Positions 48,709-59,194 of a stretch of DNA of 64,000 nucleotides are shown here, one piece after another. The notes under the pieces were generated by a model. That model was given only the letters and a program-made list of their open reading frames with translations. It was not told the DNA's origin and ran no database searches. Within the stretch, counting starts at the first letter, position 1; the number at the start of each line of letters is the position of its first letter. The position numbers and the translations under genes were made by a program. Source of the stretch: an uncultured Spirochaetota bacterium (lineage in GTDB: Bacteria; Spirochaetota; UBA4802; UBA5550). The DNA is taken from assembly GCA_963827275.1 (NCBI GenBank), contig CAWHAA010000010.1, positions 1 to 64,000 of the forward strand, written 5' to 3'.

Positions 48709-49860
48709 TCACATTGCCTTTTTCAGCACCGCGAGAAAGTCTTTCGCTTTCACCGGGACCATGTTGCTCCCATGGCAGGGGTCCAGTACCGCTTCACCGC
48801 TGATCCTGGCCGCATCGGAAGCGGGAATATCATATTTCGAGAGCCCGGGTTTTATCCCTACCTTCTTTACAAAAGCCCGGCAATTTTCCGAAAGACTTCC
48901 TTTATCGATGCTGCATTCGGCGAACAGTGCGTTTACTTTTTTTATCTTTGTTTTCTGCTCTTTCGTGAGCTTCGCCTTTTCAAGGAAGGCCATGGAATCA
49001 GGCAGGAGCAGCGCGTTGGCAAGCCCGTGATGCATGTGATACAGGCTCGAGAGCGGGTGCGCCATGGAGTGTACCATGCCAAGGCCTTTCTGGAACGCAA
49101 CCGCGCCCATCGATGAGGCGATCTGCATCTTTTCGCGTGCGTCCAGGTCCTTGCCGTTTTTGCACGCGGCCGGGAGCCATTTCATTACAAGCTCCATCCC
49201 CTGCAGGGCGATCCCATCGGCCATGGGGTGGAACATGCTTACGAAATACGCCTCAAGGCAATGCACGAACGCGTCCATGCCGGTGGCAGCGGTCAGGAAG
49301 GGCGGCATCCCCGCGGTGAGCTTAGGCTCAAGCACCGCGATGGCGGGAAGCAGCTCAGGATGGAAGATGATGGTCTTCCTACCGGTGTCGCGCAGGATGA
49401 TGACGCCGGAGCGCCCCACCTCGCTCCCGGTACCGGAGGTCGTGGGTATCGCATACAGGGGCGGCATCGGTCCCTTGATGTAACGGTCTCCCCCCTGGCA
49501 GTCGTCATAGCGCGCCATGGGCGGGGGGTTCGCGACCATGACCTTGATGACTTTTGCAACGTCAAGGGGACTTCCGCCGCCGAGGCCGATAATGCTGTCG
49601 CAGTTCCCGGTCCGGAAGGCGATAACCCCCTTTTCAACATCCTCCTCGACCGGGTTCGGGTGGGTATCGGAAAATATATCAAACTCGATGCCCGCGGCGG
49701 AAAGCTCGGCCGTCACCTTCTTGACGATGCCCGCCTTTTCAAGGACCGCATCGGTCACGATGAGCGCCTTCCTGTGTTTTTTTTCCTTGAGCCGCTTCGC
49801 GAATTCGGCAAGCGCCCCCTGGCCGAGCAGTATTGTTGTGGGATAGTTGTATTGTACCAT
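48709..49860 (-). CDS. Iron-containing alcohol dehydrogenase
   Basis: GGGSPLD, IPTTSGTGSE, DAFVH..E, HSMAH, HHG. Confidence 0.95.
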   Translation of the reverse strand: MVQYNYPTTILLGQGALAEFAKRLKEKKHRKALIVTDAVLEKAGIVKKVTAELSAAGIEFDIFSDTHPNPVEEDVEKGVIAFRTGNCDSIIGLGGGSPLDVAKVIKVMVANPPPMARYDDCQGGDRYIKGPMPPLYAIPTTSGTGSEVGRSGVIILRDTGRKTIIFHPELLPAIAVLEPKLTAGMPPFLTAATGMDAFVHCLEAYFVSMFHPMADGIALQGMELVMKWLPAACKNGKDLDAREKMQIASSMGAVAFQKGLGMVHSMAHPLSSLYHMHHGLANALLLPDSMAFLEKAKLTKEQKTKIKKVNALFAECSIDKGSLSENCRAFVKKVGIKPGLSKYDIPASDAARISGEAVLDPCHGSNMVPVKAKDFLAVLKKAM

Positions 49861-49942
49861 TGTGGTTGCCTCGTTAAAAATCCTTTATCGCTCTATATTA
49901 TATATGGCTCAATTTATTCAACGATTTTTTATTATTGCAGGC

Positions 49943-51229
49943 CTACACATCCGACCTCCCCCTCCTCGACCGCAGCCACAATAAAAGCGTCAGCACCGCG
50001 CTCACCGAGGCAACGCACACCAGCATAAAGAGCACCGGGAAGAGGCTCCGGTCATAGCGCTGGTACATCCAGCCCACCAGCTGTTCCTGGAATATCGGCC
50101 CGATCGACCCCATGCCGTTGATGATACCCGCGGCGGCGAGCGCACCCTTCTTCGATCCGACGTCGATAGCGCCCGCGCCGGAAAGGAGCGAGTCCGGCCC
50201 GAACAGCATGAACCCGGCAAAGCCGATCGACACGGTGAACAGGACAAGACTTTTCGATCCAGAGTAATACATCATGAAAAAGGAGAGGGTCATCATGCAG
50301 ATCATGATGAATGAAAGAAACGATCTCCTGCCTTTGAATACCCGGTCGGATATGAACCCGCTCGCCATGACCCCGGCAAATCCGCATATATCAAAAACCG
50401 TTGATAGGTAGCCGGCGTTTGCCTGGGTCATGAAAAAATTCTTGTTCAGGAACCAGGGGAGCCAGCTCCAGAGAGCGTACCGGAGGAACTTTATGCAGAA
50501 GTATATAAGCCCCATGAGCGCGATGGTCGTGATGGTGTCGCGATCCCATCCCTTCGATTCTCCGTTTCCGCCCGTGTGTGCCGCCCCTTCGTCCCCGTCT
50601 TCAATCGCCGGCAGCCCGGCGTCTTCCGGCCGGTTCGGGTGGAGGAGAAGTATAAGGAACCATATGGCAAGGAGCACCACCGCGCCGCCGAAGAAGGACC
50701 ACCGCCAGCCCATCGTGCCGAGGAGGTATGACGCAAGGAGCGTCGCGGCGATCGGCCCGGCCTGGTAACAGGTGGACCAGAGGCCGAGGACGCTGCCCCG
50801 CTCCCGCCTCCTGAACCAGTGCGCCAGGCTCCCGATGCACCCGGGCCACCCGGTGCCCTGGGCCAGGCCGTTCAGCGCAATCCAGAGCATCACCGTCTGG
50901 AAGCTGTTTGCCGCGCCGAAAAGGGCTGTGCTGGCGATCGAGATTCCCGTGCCGGCGAGCAGGAGGAGCTTCGGCCCCAGCTTTTTCCCGAAATAGGCGC
51001 TGGCGAACTGGCCGACCATGTAGGCGACGAGGTACGCGGTGCCGAGATTTGCGACGTCCGTGGCCGAGAGAGTGAGCGCGTCAGCGATACCGGCCTTGGC
51101 CACGTAAAATGGCTTGCGGCAGAAATAATACCCGGCGTAGGCGAGCCAGGTGGCGGCCAGTATCCTGACCTGCCACGGGCGGTAGGGAGAGGCGCCTCCC
51201 GTTTTTGCCGGAGCGTCGGCCTGCGGCAT
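49943..51229 (-). CDS. MFS transporter, organophosphate:Pi antiporter (GlpT/UhpC-like) family
   Basis: YAGYYFCRK, QGTGWP, WF...ERG...G.WST, AG.ING.GS.G. Confidence 0.88.
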   Translation of the reverse strand: MPQADAPAKTGGASPYRPWQVRILAATWLAYAGYYFCRKPFYVAKAGIADALTLSATDVANLGTAYLVAYMVGQFASAYFGKKLGPKLLLLAGTGISIASTALFGAANSFQTVMLWIALNGLAQGTGWPGCIGSLAHWFRRRERGSVLGLWSTCYQAGPIAATLLASYLLGTMGWRWSFFGGAVVLLAIWFLILLLHPNRPEDAGLPAIEDGDEGAAHTGGNGESKGWDRDTITTIALMGLIYFCIKFLRYALWSWLPWFLNKNFFMTQANAGYLSTVFDICGFAGVMASGFISDRVFKGRRSFLSFIMICMMTLSFFMMYYSGSKSLVLFTVSIGFAGFMLFGPDSLLSGAGAIDVGSKKGALAAAGIINGMGSIGPIFQEQLVGWMYQRYDRSLFPVLFMLVCVASVSAVLTLLLWLRSRRGRSDV

Positions 51230-51235
51230 GGACGG

Positions 51236-53107
51236 TCACACCGCCCAGTCCAGCCCCAGCTCAAGCATTTTCTTTGCGGTGGGGTTCCCGGTTGTTTCGT
51301 CCCATCCCATGAAGCCGTAATACTCATCTTTCATCCTGGCGAAGTCGCCGCGGTCGACGTGGCGCCCCTTGCTGGGCCCGTCCGGGAGCGGTTCGAACAG
51401 CCGTTCCGGCAGGACGTCCTCGCGCTTTGTGAAGCCCCGGCGCGCGTTGATGTGGCGCATCATGTTGATGCGCCGCTCCCCGACCTTCATGAGCTCCCAC
51501 ATGGTCATGTGCCATCCCGCGGCATAGGTGACAAGGTCCTCCAGGTCGCGGTAGGAAAAGAGGCTGCCCGGGCCCCAGCAGAACATGCATAGGACGAGGG
51601 AATCGAGGAGGCTGTAGTATATCTGAGAGTATGCCGTCATCCGCACCTTGTTCGCGCCGGTTGAGGGCGCGTCCTCCTGGCCGAGGATCCCGAGCCCCAT
51701 GCTCGCCTCCGACTTGCTTGCCAGGAGCCAGTCATGCTCCGAGGACATGTGGTCCGGACCGATGGGGCAGACCGCGTACATGATCGCGAGGCTCGGTTTT
51801 ACCTGCGGCATGTGCACCGCCAGGCCCGCGCCCTTTATGTTGATGGCATACGGCCGGGTCTGTTCCCCGAAACGCCGTATCATCGCCTCGAAGCCGTCGG
51901 CGCAGGTATCTCCGATCCCTTCCCGCGATGCGATCGACTCTATCAGCCAGAACAAGGCCTCAGGATCGCCGAACGCGAGCTTTTTGCCGCCGGTATCAGT
52001 ATCCTTTATGAGGCCTTTTTCCATGCTCTCGAACAGGTATCCCGCCACACAGCCCATGGTGATGGTGTCGATCCCGTAATTATTGCAGAGCTCGTTCGCC
52101 TTCGCCACGGCCGCGGCATCGGTAATATCGAGGTTGGAACCGAGAAGGCCCAGTGTCTCGAATTCGGGGCCGCCGAGGGAATCAGAAAGCCGGTACGGCG
52201 CATCCGATTTCACCCGCTTCCGGCACGACACCACGCACCCGAAACAGGATGCCTGTCCCGCTCCAATCTGCGGTTCGTAGGTGGAGCCGTCAAGCTTCAT
52301 GTAGTCGGGGTGCCATCCCCGTGAGTAGTTCCGGGTCGCAAAATTGCCGCCCTCTGCCTGGAACTTCACCACGCCGGGAGTGCCGTATTTTTTTAGCGTC
52401 TCAGGGAACCCCGAGCCCGGAAGGCGGCCGGCCCCGGTTTTGGCCAGCTCCTTCATCGCTGCGGGTTCCGCGAAGGAGACCTCGCCCGTACCCTTCACCA
52501 CCACGGCCCTGAGGTTCTTGCTCCCCATGACCGCGCCGATGCCCGCCCTGCCGAAAGCGTCGTTGGCGTCCGCCATCACATTGGCGTAGCGCACAAGTTT
52601 TTCTCCGGCCGGGCCGCACTGCATGACGCTCAGGCTCTTATCACCGTGCTTCTTCATCAGCAGGGCGCGCACCTCTGATACAGGACGCCCCCGGAGCTCC
52701 GCGGCGTCCTGGATGGAGACCGCCCCGTTTTCGACCAGGAGGTACGACAGCGACGGCGCCCGCCCCTCGATGACAATGGCGTCATACCCCGCCCGCTTGA
52801 TCATGGGGCCGATGCTCCCGCCGGCCTGGCTGTCAGCCGCCATGCCGGTGAGCGGCGAAAGCGCCGTGACACAGCAGCGGCTCACCCCCGACACCGCGGC
52901 CCCGGTGGCGATCCCCGGGGCTATGGTCATTATGTTTTCCGGCGACAGCGGGTCCGTCTTCGCGCCGGTATTTTTTAGAAGGAAGTATGATCCGATTGCG
53001 CTCCCGCCGAGGAACATGCGGTAAAAATCCCCTCCGGGGTGCAGCACCTCGGTCTTTCCCGTGGTCAGGTCTATCCGGAGTATGGCGTCATTGAATCCGT
53101 GGTTCAT
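51236..53107 (-). CDS. aor: Aldehyde:ferredoxin oxidoreductase (W/Mo-pterin AOR family)
   Basis: SPLTG, AGYDA, GPAGE, GRAG.GAVMGSKNLRA, C..C...C, GPEFET, GIDTI. Confidence 0.93.
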   Translation of the reverse strand: MNHGFNDAILRIDLTTGKTEVLHPGGDFYRMFLGGSAIGSYFLLKNTGAKTDPLSPENIMTIAPGIATGAAVSGVSRCCVTALSPLTGMAADSQAGGSIGPMIKRAGYDAIVIEGRAPSLSYLLVENGAVSIQDAAELRGRPVSEVRALLMKKHGDKSLSVMQCGPAGEKLVRYANVMADANDAFGRAGIGAVMGSKNLRAVVVKGTGEVSFAEPAAMKELAKTGAGRLPGSGFPETLKKYGTPGVVKFQAEGGNFATRNYSRGWHPDYMKLDGSTYEPQIGAGQASCFGCVVSCRKRVKSDAPYRLSDSLGGPEFETLGLLGSNLDITDAAAVAKANELCNNYGIDTITMGCVAGYLFESMEKGLIKDTDTGGKKLAFGDPEALFWLIESIASREGIGDTCADGFEAMIRRFGEQTRPYAINIKGAGLAVHMPQVKPSLAIMYAVCPIGPDHMSSEHDWLLASKSEASMGLGILGQEDAPSTGANKVRMTAYSQIYYSLLDSLVLCMFCWGPGSLFSYRDLEDLVTYAAGWHMTMWELMKVGERRINMMRHINARRGFTKREDVLPERLFEPLPDGPSKGRHVDRGDFARMKDEYYGFMGWDETTGNPTAKKMLELGLDWAV

Positions 53108-53155
53108 ATCGGTCCTCGCTGGAAATAAATGTTGTGCGGCACGCGATCATTATTT

Positions 53156-54781
53156 TTAAAATATAAAATCCGTCGACAGGAAATTCGACTTCTTCTCCCG
53201 TAAAATCTCGGTGATGATCTTCTTGTTCTGGTCGGTCTCCTTGATCGCCACAAGGGTGCGTATGGTGAACACCCTGAGCGCGTCGGTGACAGAGAGCGTC
53301 CCTTCCGCGCTGTCTTTCCGTCCCGTGAAGGGAAAGGTGTCAGGACCGCGCTGGCACTGGGCGTTGATATTCACGCGGCAGACCTGGTTCACCAGGGTGT
53401 CGATCAGCCTGGCGATGGCGCCCGGGTCGTTGCCGAATACCGCCACCTGCTGGCCGTAATTTGAGTTGACCACGTATTCCAGCGGCTCTTCGACCGATTC
53501 ATACGGGACGACCGGTATCACCGGCCCGAACTGTTCCTCGTGGTATATCTTCATCCGGGCGTTCACCGGGTAGAGTACGGCGGGGAACATGAAGGTCTGG
53601 TTCACGAGGCCGCCCGTTTCGTTCACGACCAGCGCGCCGTGCTCCTTCGCGTCCTCGATGTAGCCCTTCATGTGCAGGATCTTGTCCGGTTCCGGGAGCG
53701 GCGTCAGGGCGACCCCCTTGTCCCAGGGCATGCCGGGAACGAGGGACACGATCTGATGGTTCAGCTTCTTCAGGAATTCCACCACGATGTCTTTATGGAC
53801 GAATATTATTTTTATGGCGGTGCAGCGCTGGCCGTTGAACGACAGCGCGCCGGTGACGCATTCCTTTACCGCGAGGTCGAGGTCCGCGTCCTTCAGGACG
53901 ATCCCCGCGTTCTTCGCGTCGAGCCCCAGCACGGAGCGAAGACGGTGCGGCTTGGGGTGCTGCTTCTTTATGATGTCCGCCACCCTGCTCGACCCGATGA
54001 AGGCGAGCACGTCCACCTTCCCCGATTCCATGAGCGGGCCCACCACCATGGCGCCGTCGCCGTAAATGGTATTGACCACGCCCTTCGGGAACGCCTCTCT
54101 GAACGCCCGCAGCAGCGGGCGGTGCAGCAGGACGCCGATCTTCGGCGGCTTGAAGAGTATCGTGTTTCCCATGAGGAGCGCCGGGATCAGGGTGGTGAAG
54201 GTCTCGTTGAGGGGATAATTGAACGGCCCCATGCACAGGACAACGCCGAGCGGGGCGCGCCGCACCTGGCCGATAATGCCTTCTTTAATTTCGAAGCGCG
54301 ACCCGGCGCGGTCAAGCTCCTTGAGCGCATCGATAGTAAACGATATATACTCGACCGTGCGGTCGAATTCCTTCGCGCTGTCTGCATACGATTTCCCTAT
54401 CTCCCACATCAGCAGGTTCACTATCGCCGCGCGCTCTTCCTTCATCATGAAGGTGAATTTTTCGAGGCAGGCGATCCGCCCGCTCACCGTAAGGGCCGGC
54501 CACGGCCCCCTGCCGCTGTCATAGGCGGCGACCGCCGCGTCAAGGGCCTCCAGTGATTCCTTCGCGGTGAAGAGCGGGTAGCTGCCGATCGTCTGGCGCT
54601 CAACGCCCTTATCGGTTTTCAGGCATATCGGGGAAACGACGTCCTGCATCGGGCCGTTCCAGACGCGGATCTCCCCGTTCACGAGATACTCTTTCTGCAC
54701 GATGGGAAACGCGGGCAGGAATTCCGCCGGGACCCCTTTTCTTTCCGGGAATATCGATCCGATGTTTTCCCTGGTGGCCAT
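53156..54781 (-). CDS. gapN: NADP-dependent non-phosphorylating glyceraldehyde-3-phosphate dehydrogenase-like ALDH
   Basis: GPFNYPLNE, FIGSS, LGLDAKN, FNGQRCTA, EEQFGP, FPFTGRKDS. Confidence 0.85.
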   Translation of the reverse strand: MATRENIGSIFPERKGVPAEFLPAFPIVQKEYLVNGEIRVWNGPMQDVVSPICLKTDKGVERQTIGSYPLFTAKESLEALDAAVAAYDSGRGPWPALTVSGRIACLEKFTFMMKEERAAIVNLLMWEIGKSYADSAKEFDRTVEYISFTIDALKELDRAGSRFEIKEGIIGQVRRAPLGVVLCMGPFNYPLNETFTTLIPALLMGNTILFKPPKIGVLLHRPLLRAFREAFPKGVVNTIYGDGAMVVGPLMESGKVDVLAFIGSSRVADIIKKQHPKPHRLRSVLGLDAKNAGIVLKDADLDLAVKECVTGALSFNGQRCTAIKIIFVHKDIVVEFLKKLNHQIVSLVPGMPWDKGVALTPLPEPDKILHMKGYIEDAKEHGALVVNETGGLVNQTFMFPAVLYPVNARMKIYHEEQFGPVIPVVPYESVEEPLEYVVNSNYGQQVAVFGNDPGAIARLIDTLVNQVCRVNINAQCQRGPDTFPFTGRKDSAEGTLSVTDALRVFTIRTLVAIKETDQNKKIITEILREKKSNFLSTDFIF

Positions 54782-54815
54782 GTCATCACCTCGCTGCAGG
54801 TTGAATAATGAGCGC

Positions 54816-56111
54816 TTACTGCTTCCCGTACCGGACCGCTTCCAGTATGATCTCGGAGTAGGAGGGGTGCACGAACATGCACTCCTCTATCTCATCGGTC
54901 CGTATGCCGCGCGCCACGATCAGGGCAAGCTGGTTCATGATTTCGGCGATATCCTCCCCGACCGCGGACGCGCCGATCACCCTGCCCGTTGAAGATTCCG
55001 CGACCAGCTTGACAAAGCCAGTGTCCTTCCCCTCCATGACCGCCTTGCCCAGGGCCTTGAAGAAATACCGGTACACGCGGCAATCGATATTCTTCCCGTC
55101 CGCCTCTTTTTTCCCCATGCCCGCGCTCCCCACCTGCGGGCTGGAGAAGACAAGGCGCGGCATCGCGGCATAATCGATGTGCGGCGCCTTCCCGGTCGCG
55201 AGGTGCCGCACCGCCGCCTCGGCCTCGCGCGCCGCGGTATAGGCAAGCATCGGGGTGTCGATGCAGTCGCCGGCCGCGTAGATGTTCGCCGCCGTTGTGC
55301 GCAGGGCCCGGTCAACGGTGATGAACCCCTTATCGTCGACGGCGATCCCCGCCGCGCCGCAGGAGAGCGACGCCGTGTTCGGCCTGCGGCCCGTTGTTTC
55401 GAAGATGACATCGTACTTCTTCGTCATCGGGGCATCCGCCTGGATCGTCGCCTCCCCGTCGGGGGATATAACCGATATCCCGCTCTTCGCGTACACGTTG
55501 ATCTTCCTTTTTTTGAACTCGCGTAGCATGACCCGGACCGCCTCCTCGTCCTCGCCGAGAAGGGGCGAATCAAGCATTTCCACCAGATCGACCTGCGAGC
55601 CGACGGATGCAAGGAACGACGCGTACTCGCACCCCACGACGCCCCCGCCAATGATCAGCGCGCTTCCCGGCGCCTTTTCAAGATTGAATATCCGGTCTGA
55701 TGGATACACGTTGGGAAGATCGAAGATCCTTTTCGGGGTTGATCCGGTTGCGATGATGAAGTGTTGTGCGGAGACGGCCTCGCCGCCGGCAATGATTTCG
55801 GTGTTTGACCGGAACGATGCGTCCCCCCTGATGGTCTCTATGCCGAGCGATTGTATCCGCGCGCGCAGGCCCGTGCGTATCTGCGCCACGCGCGTCATCA
55901 CGAGTTCCCGCAGGGCTTGGTACGCCATTCCCGCATGGGCATGGTAGATCAGGCCCTTCAGCGGGATGCATCCTTCGTTCAGGCACACACCGCCGAGCCG
56001 CTCCGGGTCCCGCTCCACGATCGCGGTTTTTAAATTAAATTTCCTCGCTTCGAAGGCCGCCGTGTACCCCGCCGGCCCCGAGCCTATGATGACCAGATCA
56101 TATTTGTTCAC
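54816..56111 (-). CDS. lpdA: Dihydrolipoyl dehydrogenase (GCS L protein)
   Basis: GSGPAG, GGVCLNEGCIP, GGGVVG.E, AAGD, HPSYSE; GTG start overlaps the lipA stop. Confidence 0.9.
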   Translation of the reverse strand: MNKYDLVIIGSGPAGYTAAFEARKFNLKTAIVERDPERLGGVCLNEGCIPLKGLIYHAHAGMAYQALRELVMTRVAQIRTGLRARIQSLGIETIRGDASFRSNTEIIAGGEAVSAQHFIIATGSTPKRIFDLPNVYPSDRIFNLEKAPGSALIIGGGVVGCEYASFLASVGSQVDLVEMLDSPLLGEDEEAVRVMLREFKKRKINVYAKSGISVISPDGEATIQADAPMTKKYDVIFETTGRRPNTASLSCGAAGIAVDDKGFITVDRALRTTAANIYAAGDCIDTPMLAYTAAREAEAAVRHLATGKAPHIDYAAMPRLVFSSPQVGSAGMGKKEADGKNIDCRVYRYFFKALGKAVMEGKDTGFVKLVAESSTGRVIGASAVGEDIAEIMNQLALIVARGIRTDEIEECMFVHPSYSEIILEAVRYGKQ

Positions 56112-56959
56112 CTGTCGCTCCTGTATGTGTCCGCCATGTATGAGCTCCGCACATAGGGGCCGCTCTCCACGTGGGAAAAGCCGAGCGCGAGCGCCTCCTC
56201 CCGGTACGCGTCGAACATGGCCGGCTCGATATACTCGCGCACCGGCGCGCACCCGCCGCCGGGGCGCAGATACTGCCCGAGGCTCAGGTAATCGCACCCG
56301 GCGCGCCTGAGGTCGCGCATCACCGCGGACACCTCTTCGCGGGCCTCCCCCAGCCCGAGCATCATGCCGGACTTGGTCCGCAGTGCGGGAGAGAATGCTC
56401 TGGCGGTTTCGAGCACCTTCAGGCTCCGTTTATAGTCGCATCCTTTCCGCACGGCATAGAGCGAGGGCACTGTTTCAATGTTGTGGCCGAAGATATCCGG
56501 CCCCGCGCCGGCGACAATACCGATAGCGTCCGCATCTCCCCTGAAGTCCGGCACCAGCACCTCCACGGTGACCGCCGCGTCATGTGCGCGCAGCCCGCGT
56601 ATGACGCCCGCGAAGAGCGAGGCGCCGCCGTCCGGGAGGTCGTCCCTGGTAACGGAGGTTATGACCGCGTGCCTGATTCCCATCCTCCGCACCGCTTCGG
56701 CCACGCGCCCGGGCTCAGCTGCATCGGGCAGCCCCGGTGCGCCGTGTTTCACAGCGCAGAAGGAACACCCCCTGGTGCAGACGTCGCCCATGATAAGGAA
56801 CGTCGCCGTGCCCCGTGAAAAGCACTCGGCGATGTTCGGACAGCGCGCTTGATGGCACACCGTGTGCAGTCCGAGCCCCCGCAGCATCCCCTCGGTCCCG
56901 TGCATGGCGCGGAAATCGATTTTCTTATTAAGCCATTGCGGCCGTGTCTGCCTCATCAT
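56108..56959 (-). CDS. lipA: Lipoyl synthase
   Basis: CHQARCPNIAEC, CTRGCSFC, TSVTRDDL.DGG, VRSSY. Confidence 0.97.
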   Translation of the reverse strand: MMRQTRPQWLNKKIDFRAMHGTEGMLRGLGLHTVCHQARCPNIAECFSRGTATFLIMGDVCTRGCSFCAVKHGAPGLPDAAEPGRVAEAVRRMGIRHAVITSVTRDDLPDGGASLFAGVIRGLRAHDAAVTVEVLVPDFRGDADAIGIVAGAGPDIFGHNIETVPSLYAVRKGCDYKRSLKVLETARAFSPALRTKSGMMLGLGEAREEVSAVMRDLRRAGCDYLSLGQYLRPGGGCAPVREYIEPAMFDAYREEALALGFSHVESGPYVRSSYMADTYRSDR

Positions 56960-57761
56960 CCTCCGCCCTGCCCTCCATGTTCCAGCGGTCGCTCAGGTAC
57001 CTTTTTTCCATGATCGTGCGCACCTCCTTCATCTCGTCCCCGTCGAGGTCAGCAGGATCGAGCTCCCAGCCAGTCGAGAGGACAAACGCGTCCTTGAGAC
57101 GCGCGATGACCCGGTCCTCGTTATTCGTATGGCCGGTGGCCCTGTCGAGAGAGGTGAAATTGCCGAAATCGACCGGTGCGGAAAAGCAGGAGCGTATCGT
57201 TTTCTCGTCGATGTCGAGGGGAATGGAGCCGTGCTGGAAAATACTCCCCCCCGACCTGCGCTGCGCGTTGCCGCCGATCTTTCTTCCATCGATAATAATG
57301 TCATAGTTTTCGTTTGCTGAAAAGCAGAAGTCCGCGCGGCGCCCGGCGGCGCGGCGGACACTCGATTCCATGGCAAACTGGGCCGGCAGGCCCATCATGC
57401 GGTACAGCCTGATGATGATTTTATTCATCGTCTCGAACGATTCGCTCACCGAGAGCGGCCTTCCGTCGATGTCCCTCTCGCCGCAGGCGAAGGAATAGGT
57501 CACCTCACGGTCATGGAATATCGCGCCCCCGCCGGTGATGCGGCGCACGACCGCGACACCGTTTTCCCGGCACGCGCCGATGTCAAGGCAGGATGACGGC
57601 TGGTACCTTCCCAGGGTGATCGACGGCGGGGACCAGCCGTAAATCCTGAGGAACGGCCGGCGGCAGCGCACGTGCCACGCGTACAGGAATTCATCGATCG
57701 CCATGTTCTCATGGCCGCTCCGGGGCGCGCAGGAAACGAGCCGGGCCTTCAGCGGTTGCAT
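56928..57761 (-). CDS. Lipoate--protein ligase / octanoyltransferase (LplA/LipM family)
   Basis: NMAIDE, RRITGGGAIFH, GRKIGGNAQ, FQHGSI. Confidence 0.92.
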   Translation of the reverse strand: MQPLKARLVSCAPRSGHENMAIDEFLYAWHVRCRRPFLRIYGWSPPSITLGRYQPSSCLDIGACRENGVAVVRRITGGGAIFHDREVTYSFACGERDIDGRPLSVSESFETMNKIIIRLYRMMGLPAQFAMESSVRRAAGRRADFCFSANENYDIIIDGRKIGGNAQRRSGGSIFQHGSIPLDIDEKTIRSCFSAPVDFGNFTSLDRATGHTNNEDRVIARLKDAFVLSTGWELDPADLDGDEMKEVRTIMEKRYLSDRWNMEGRAEDDEADTAAMA

Positions 57762-59194
57762 GTCAATTTCAGTTCCCGTGCCGCCCTGGTCTCGTCCGGC
57801 CGGGAGACGGGCGTATTGTTCGGGGCGTTCTTGAGACGTCCGGGATCGGTCTCGGCCAGGCCTGCTATCTCGATCATGGCGTCAATGAATTCGTCGATCG
57901 TCTGCTTCGACTCTGTCTCGGTCGGCTCGATCATCAGCGCTTCGTCGACGACGAGCGGAAAATATATCGTGGGCGGGTGGAACCCCCGCTCGATCAGCGC
58001 CTTGGCGATATCGATGGCGTGCACGCCGTTTTTCTGCACCTGCCGCTTCGCGGAGAAGACGCATTCATGCATGCAGACCCGGTCATAGGGCAGGTCGTAA
58101 TACGGCTTGAGCTTCGCCCGGATGTAGTTGGCGTTCAGCACCGCCTTCTCTGAAACATCGATAAGCCCTTCTTTTCCCAGCATCATGATATAGACGCAGG
58201 CGCGCACCAGCACGGCAAAATTACCGAAAAACGACGCCAGTGCGCCGATGCTCCGGTCCATGCCGGAGTCGAGGTAATACCTGCCTTCCTTCGTGCGGCC
58301 GACTACCGGCGTCGGCAGGAATTCCGCGAGCCTGCCGGACACCGCGACGACACCGGCCCCGGGGCCGCCGCCGCCGTGCGGCGTGGAAAAAGTCTTGTGT
58401 AAATTCATGTGCACGATGTCAAAGCCGATATCGCCGGGCCGCGCCTTCCCCAGGATCGCGTTCAGGTTTGCGCCGTCGTTGTAGAGGATCGCGTCGTATT
58501 TGCGCGCAATCTCGACGATCTCGCGTATCTGCGGGTGGAACAGGCCCAGGGTGTTGGGAAGGGTCAGCATGACGCCCGCCACCCGGTCATTCATGGCGTC
58601 CCTGAATTTTTCCAGGTCCATGCCGCCCTCCCGGCTGACCGGTATCGAAATGACCTCGTAGCCCCCCATTGCCGCGCTGGCGGGGTTGGTGCCGTGCGCC
58701 TCGTCGGGGACGATGACGTACTGCTTCTTGTTCCCCTTGCTCCGGTGATAGGCCGCCATGAGGAGGATGCCGGCAAGCTCGCCGTGCGCCCCCGCGTAGG
58801 GCTGGGTCGTCACGGCCTTCATGCCGGTGATCTCTGCGAGAAAGACTGAGAGGGTGTGGATGAGCTCGAGCGACCCCTGGACCGAACCCTCGTCAATGTA
58901 CGCCATAAGCGGGTGCACCGATGCGAACCCGGGGAGCGCGGCCATCGCTTCGTTCACTTTCGGATTGTACTTCATGGTGCAGGAGCCGAGCGGATAGAAA
59001 TGGGTGTCCACCGAAAAATTGAGCTGGGACAACCGCACGTAATGCCTGACCACGTCGAGCTCCGACACCTCGGGGAGGCCGGTATCGGTTTTTCTCAGGT
59101 ACCGGTCGCCGATCTTCCTGGCTGCCGCCTCGTCCGCCGCGCCCATGTCGACACCGGTCCTGCCCGGCACGCTCTTTTCAAATATCAGTTTCAT
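57749..59194 (-). CDS. gcvPB: Glycine dehydrogenase subunit 2 (GcvPB)
   Basis: MKLIFEKS, YPLGSCTMKYNP, AGAHGE, HGTNPASA, NLHKTFSTPHGGGGPG, MIEPTETESK. Confidence 0.96.
   Translation of the reverse strand: MKLIFEKSVPGRTGVDMGAADEAAARKIGDRYLRKTDTGLPEVSELDVVRHYVRLSQLNFSVDTHFYPLGSCTMKYNPKVNEAMAALPGFASVHPLMAYIDEGSVQGSLELIHTLSVFLAEITGMKAVTTQPYAGAHGELAGILLMAAYHRSKGNKKQYVIVPDEAHGTNPASAAMGGYEVISIPVSREGGMDLEKFRDAMNDRVAGVMLTLPNTLGLFHPQIREIVEIARKYDAILYNDGANLNAILGKARPGDIGFDIVHMNLHKTFSTPHGGGGPGAGVVAVSGRLAEFLPTPVVGRTKEGRYYLDSGMDRSIGALASFFGNFAVLVRACVYIMMLGKEGLIDVSEKAVLNANYIRAKLKPYYDLPYDRVCMHECVFSAKRQVQKNGVHAIDIAKALIERGFHPPTIYFPLVVDEALMIEPTETESKQTIDEFIDAMIEIAGLAETDPGRLKNAPNNTPVSRPDETRAARELKLTCNR

Noticed and set aside
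26573..54556. Long antisense or alternate-frame ORFs (e.g. 26573-27757, 39770-40903, 46150-47244, 53540-54556)
   Set aside because: Shadow ORFs expected in GC-rich coding DNA opposite well-supported genes
54816..56111. Lpd as a pseudogene because it is short (431 aa)
   Set aside because: The frame is intact, and the FAD, disulfide, NAD and His-Glu motifs are all present; the shortening is an in-frame loss after the CxxxxC helix
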